This document shows, in pieces, positions 61,471 to 64,000 of a stretch of 64,000 bases of DNA; the first letter of the stretch is position 1, and every line of letters begins with the position of its first letter. The stretch is from Anthoceros angustus (taxonomy: Eukaryota; Plantae; Anthocerotophyta): positions 1,240,001 to 1,304,000 of the forward strand of contig MU008167.1 of assembly GCA_010909165.1 (NCBI GenBank), read 5' to 3'. Under the pieces are notes generated by a model. That model made no database searches, was not told the DNA's origin, and worked only from the letters and a program-made list of their open reading frames with translations. A program made the position numbers and the translations under genes.

Positions 61471-62605
61471 AATTAATCTAATTACTTATCTTTAAGTAAG
61501 TAATTAGTGTTAATTAATCTAAAGTGCTTATGTTAATTAAGCATTGATTAGTGTTAATTAATCTAATGTGCTTATGTTAATTAAGCATTGATTAGTGTTA
61601 ATTAAACATGGTTAGCAATAGCTAAGTGGATAAGCTCAAGTAATATGCTTTGGCATATTCCTTGCATATTATAGTGTATTCTTAGGATACAATAGCTAAG
61701 TGGATAAGCTCAAGTAATATGCTTTGGCATATTCCTTGCATATTATAGTGTATTCTTAGGATATTTCGCATATCGATGCCAATAGGATATCTTAGGAATA
61801 TGCCGATGCAGTCTAGTATATAGACCCTTCCATTGAGGACAAGCTCGGATCATCATCTCTGATATCTGTGCGTTGTGAGGAGGCCATATGACTCGAGGCG
61901 ATGTGTGAGGAATTTGCGTGTTGTTCTCGTGGGGAGAGTGTGTTTGTTGCGGCGAGCTACTCCCTCCTGTTGTTACAAGCTATGATCTCGTGTGTGACAC
62001 TGGATGAGCGATGCTTGGGCTTGGTGTGATGCTAGGCGATGCTAGGCGATGCTAGGCGATGCTGGGCGGGGCTGCTAGGGGGGGCGGCCGCTCTTTAAGC
62101 AAGTGGGCAAGGGACTCTGAGTGTCTTGAGGCAGGGGCTGGGGACCAAGTGGCGAGGAGAGGAGGAAGAAGCTCAAGCCCAAGGCCAAGGAGGCAAAGCC
62201 CAAGTCCAAGGCCAAGGAGAGGCGAAGAAGCCCAAGTCCAAGGCCAAGGAGGCGAAGAAGCCCAAGTCAAGGCCAAGGAGGAGGCAAGCCCAAGGCCAAG
62301 GAGGAGGGAGGCGAAGAAGCCTACCAAGGAGAGGAATGAGGCCTCCACAAGGGGCTGGCCTTTTAAGGCCAACCAAGGGAGAAACAAGAGTATTTTACTC
62401 TTGGGCCCCATTCAAGGGATAAGGGGAAGATGGTATGTCATGGGTATGTATGTCAGTCCATTTGATTTCACTTTCTGTCCAAAACTCCTAGTTAGCCCAT
62501 CCAGGTACTGATCCACCCAGGTGCTTAACTATGGAGTTCCTATGCCTTTGCTATCCAACTCACCCAGCTCACATTTTTGACATGAAGCCTGCAGTATTTG
62601 TATGC
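61470..62605. mobile_element. LTR-like or TE fragment inserted in the PPR mosaic, with internal tandem repeats (44-bp at 61503-61605, 74-bp at 61616-61763, 10-bp gatgctaggc x4 at 62028-62067, degenerate ~30-bp at 62170-62300)
   Basis: Interrupts sequence that is nearly contiguous in the copy at 60280-60420; AT-rich tandem repeats, tatataga motif, and a segment ending gtgtgaca. Confidence 0.45.
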
Positions 62606-63215
62606 AATTTTAACATGAGCAGATATTCTGAAGATCACATGAAGCCTCCAGAGTCTCTTGGTTGAAATGGGGAAATGGAGCAGGAGGGCCTGCTCGTGGC
62701 TCCTTTAGCCTTCTCAAGGCCTGTGCAAGCGCAGGTTTCTTTAAGACGGGCTGGCAGACGCACTGACAGATTATGGGAAGAGGACAGCTAGAAGACACTG
62801 GTTGCCACCTGCCTGGTGGACATGTTTACAAAATGTGGAGAACTGGAAGAGGCATGCCGGGATTTTGAGAGCTTGCCCACAAAAGACTTGGAAGCCGAAG
62901 CTGCAGGCAAGGAGCAGGTGCTGAAGGTACCCAAGCAGGACCCGCAGGCCTTCTCTGCTGCAGCGCTAGCTCCCGGGTGGATCTGACATGTCAGAACGAT
63001 ATCGGGGCCATGCAAGAGGAAGGCGAGGACTGCACCCACTTCTGTGACATGTGTGTTCCTCCTGCAAGCTTATGCAAGTGTGGGACAGGCTGCAGCCACT
63101 TGCTTTCTTGCATCTTTTGTGTATTTTCCTGCTTTGTTTCATGTATCTGCTCTTTCTGCTGCCTACCTTGGAGGGCATACTCCCTAAGTTCTGCACACAA
63201 CCAGGCAAATGTAGT
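62605..63215 (+). pseudogene. PPR relic, near-identical copy of ~60420-60990
   Basis: Matching ORFs (60362 and 62610; 60788 and 62977). Confidence 0.85.
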
Positions 63216-64000
63216 AGCATTGCCATCGTCGTATGATGCTTTCAAATTTCATTAATAGTGGAAATCTTCCTTTGTTAATTGAAGCATTGCAAGAAAAGTT
63301 GCTTAATGAGGAGTTAAAAGGCAGCAGAACGTGAGGGTTGCTGTTGGTATTGATGATAATTCTGTAATAGGCTATCAAAACAAACGTCAACGTGTTGCTC
63401 GAAACAGTAATTGGCGTATCTTGCTAGGGAATGAGAATTTCTCATATCCACCTCGTTTTTCATTACAATCATCTCCGGTGTCCGATGGGTTCGGAATTTG
63501 GGTCTCGTCCTTCTCTTAGTTGTTTTAATTGTCATCAACCTGGGCATATTGCTCAGTTTTGTCAATTTCCTAAAGTTCCTAATTTTCCGCCAAGGTTATT
63601 GATGAGCCACAAAGTAATGTTCCTCCGTTATTTTGTTTGTCTACATAACTCTCTATGCTTGTCTTGTTGAGTGCTGCTGGTGGTGTAGATGATGTATGGC
63701 ATATTGATTCTGGTGCGGCTCAATATAACACTAATAAGCAAGATTGGTTTTCGAATTTCAAATCAACGGATATATATTCGTGATAATTCCTCCTATCTCA
63801 TTGAGGGGTGGGAGATAGTGGTGTTGTGAAGTATGATGGTTCTAACGCATATTTGCGTCATGTTCAGATATTCGTGTCTCTAGAAATATATTCGATGATT
63901 CCGATATATTTTCTCGATGGGTTCAAAATGAATTTTCATCGATCGATTTTTCTTATGACCGATCTCGGTGTTTGAACTTTTAAACAATATTATGAGCGTC
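63210..64000 (+). mobile_element. Second copy of the Copia relic, running off the right edge
   Basis: Near-identical to 57810-58600, including CFNCHQPGHIAQFC. Confidence 0.85.

Overview
This is plant nuclear genomic DNA, not prokaryotic. Genes are dense, GT-AG introns are short (mostly about 50-280 nt), and PLS-class PPR sequences are abundant. That fits a compact-genome lycophyte such as Selaginella, which is an inference and not proven. The first ~45 kb holds about 11 apparently intact genes: an alpha/beta hydrolase, DAD1/OST2, a REX4-like zinc-finger exonuclease, an intronless Lhcb7-like antenna protein, a KUP/HAK/KT K+ transporter (unresolved C-terminal frame junction), an IRX9L-like GT43, a WDR44-like WD40 protein, an intronless PLATZ factor, anthranilate synthase beta, RFT1 and ATG18. 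Interspersed are pseudogenes (RLK, partial GT43 duplicate, ClpB/Hsp100) and TE relics. About 31.3-36 kb and 48-64 kb form a mosaic of degenerate, locally re-duplicated PPR fragments containing captured pieces of other genes and Copia/Gypsy relics. Most notable: the Lhcb7-like protein has Asn instead of His at the Chl a603 ligand position (the known red-form signature); a KUP intron carries a phased G-box array; a (GGGAGT)n G-rich tract lies at the KUP frame junction; and the PPR mosaic captured RFT1 exon 1. No rRNA, tRNA or CRISPR was recognised. Repeat and relic coordinates are approximate and read by eye.
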